Source: a virus
Taxonomy: Duplodnaviria > Caudoviricetes
IMG/VR virus record: IMGVR_UViG_3300037400_003374
Location: 1 to 64,000 of that record
DNA: 64,000 nt
Reading direction: 5' to 3' (one strand)
Below, piece by piece: positions 63,258-64,000 of this stretch. A program made the position numbers and the translations under genes. A model generated the notes under the pieces. It was not told the DNA's origin, searched no databases, and was given only the letters and a program-made list of their open reading frames with translations. The first letter of the stretch is position 1. Every line of letters starts with the position of its first letter.

Positions 63258-63566
63258 ATGAGACGAACTAATTGTCCTAATTGCGGCGGTCCCTTACCTG
63301 TTAAGGGGTCCAAGTGCGAGTTTTGCGGCACTCGTGTTATTGATCTTACAATGATTGACTTTGATAGCAACGAGCCAACCATGTTTTTGTTGAACATGCC
63401 CCGGTCCGTAACAGGTGGGCAAAAGGCCACAATAAGTATGTGGGCGCGCCCGGAGTTAAATTCTATTACTATGGAGACAAGTTCTGAGATTGCCTTTGAG
63501 ATGTCGTTGCGCCCATTCGCCGATCCGCGTGATTGGAGTTTGTATAAGTTAAAGATTGACAAGTAA
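63258..63566 (+). CDS. Double-Zn-ribbon N-terminal protein, 102 aa
   Basis: CPNCGGPL...CEFCG. Confidence 0.72.
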   Translation: MRRTNCPNCGGPLPVKGSKCEFCGTRVIDLTMIDFDSNEPTMFLLNMPRSVTGGQKATISMWARPELNSITMETSSEIAFEMSLRPFADPRDWSLYKLKIDK

Positions 63567-63708
63567 ATAAATTTGTGGTATAATAGGATAGACAAGAGGA
63601 TAAGTCTATCCTTTTATTAGTTAAAATGCCAGAAAAACTTTTTAATAACCGTAAAAAATGCCATAATTTGATTCTAATCTTACTACAATTATATTGGAGG
63701 TGAGGACA

Positions 63709-63909
63709 ATGAACGATATCCTAAAACTAAAACAGCTTCTTGATTTAGGCATCCCAATGACAGTGCTTGCGCGCGAATGCCACTGTTCACCAGCAAGTAT
63801 TCAAAATTATATAAACGGAAAGAGCATTCCTAGCGGCACCAAAGCATTGGGAATCAAAGAAGGATTAAGGCATTTTACTGACAAAATAAATTCAATTACT
63901 AGGGAGTGA
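63709..63909 (+). CDS. Cro/XRE-like HTH protein, 66 aa
   Basis: MTVLARECHCSPASIQNYING; GGAGGTG RBS. Confidence 0.75.
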   Translation: MNDILKLKQLLDLGIPMTVLARECHCSPASIQNYINGKSIPSGTKALGIKEGLRHFTDKINSITRE

Positions 63910-63914
63910 ATCTA

Positions 63915-64000
63915 ATGACACTATATCCTGTTTTTTCACGGCGAATTGTTCGTGAACTCGAAAAACGCGGTTTTAATGTAGTCAAAATGGCGCCTAATAA
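63915..64000 (+). CDS. Partial small protein (MTLYPVFSRRIVRELEKRGF...)
   Basis: GGGAGTG RBS; truncated by the window edge. Confidence 0.55.
   Translation, partial: MTLYPVFSRRIVRELEKRGFNVVKMAPN

Overview
This window comes from a large tailed phage, siphovirus-type with a head-tail gene order like SPbeta/c-st. The host is probably a Firmicute/clostridial anaerobe, judged from AAGGAGG RBSs and sigmaA-type promoters. It has three parts. (1) 1-35017, minus strand: the virion morphogenesis operon (terminase, portal, scaffold/protease, capsid, head-tail joining, tail tube, tape measure, Dit, Tal). It only makes sense if TAG encodes Gln (genetic code 15). The many ORF-track fragments then join into single genes, including a ~5338-aa tape measure protein. 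(2) ~35050-58100: an early/accessory region of small genes with no in-frame TAG, at least two of which end at TAG. Most have their own strong TTGACA-N16-18-TATAAT promoter. The region is organised by a palindromic site GTTAG-N6-CTAAC, found in a repeat-spacer array (35432-36110), a smaller variant array (37247-37460), a dense 20-bp-phased array (41468-42282) next to four perfect DnaA boxes, and as single copies with GCCGGC at gene-cassette junctions. It also holds a covarying AAGGAAAA leader hairpin, several candidate structured RNAs, an Ala-identity tRNA-like element and many paralogous gene families. (3) 58100-64000: genes with a different promoter/operator style, a TAG-recoded SF2 helicase-like gene beside long inverted repeats, and small Zn-ribbon/HTH genes. 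All calls come from manual reading and translation. No database search or folding program was run, so functional labels are motif- and synteny-based.
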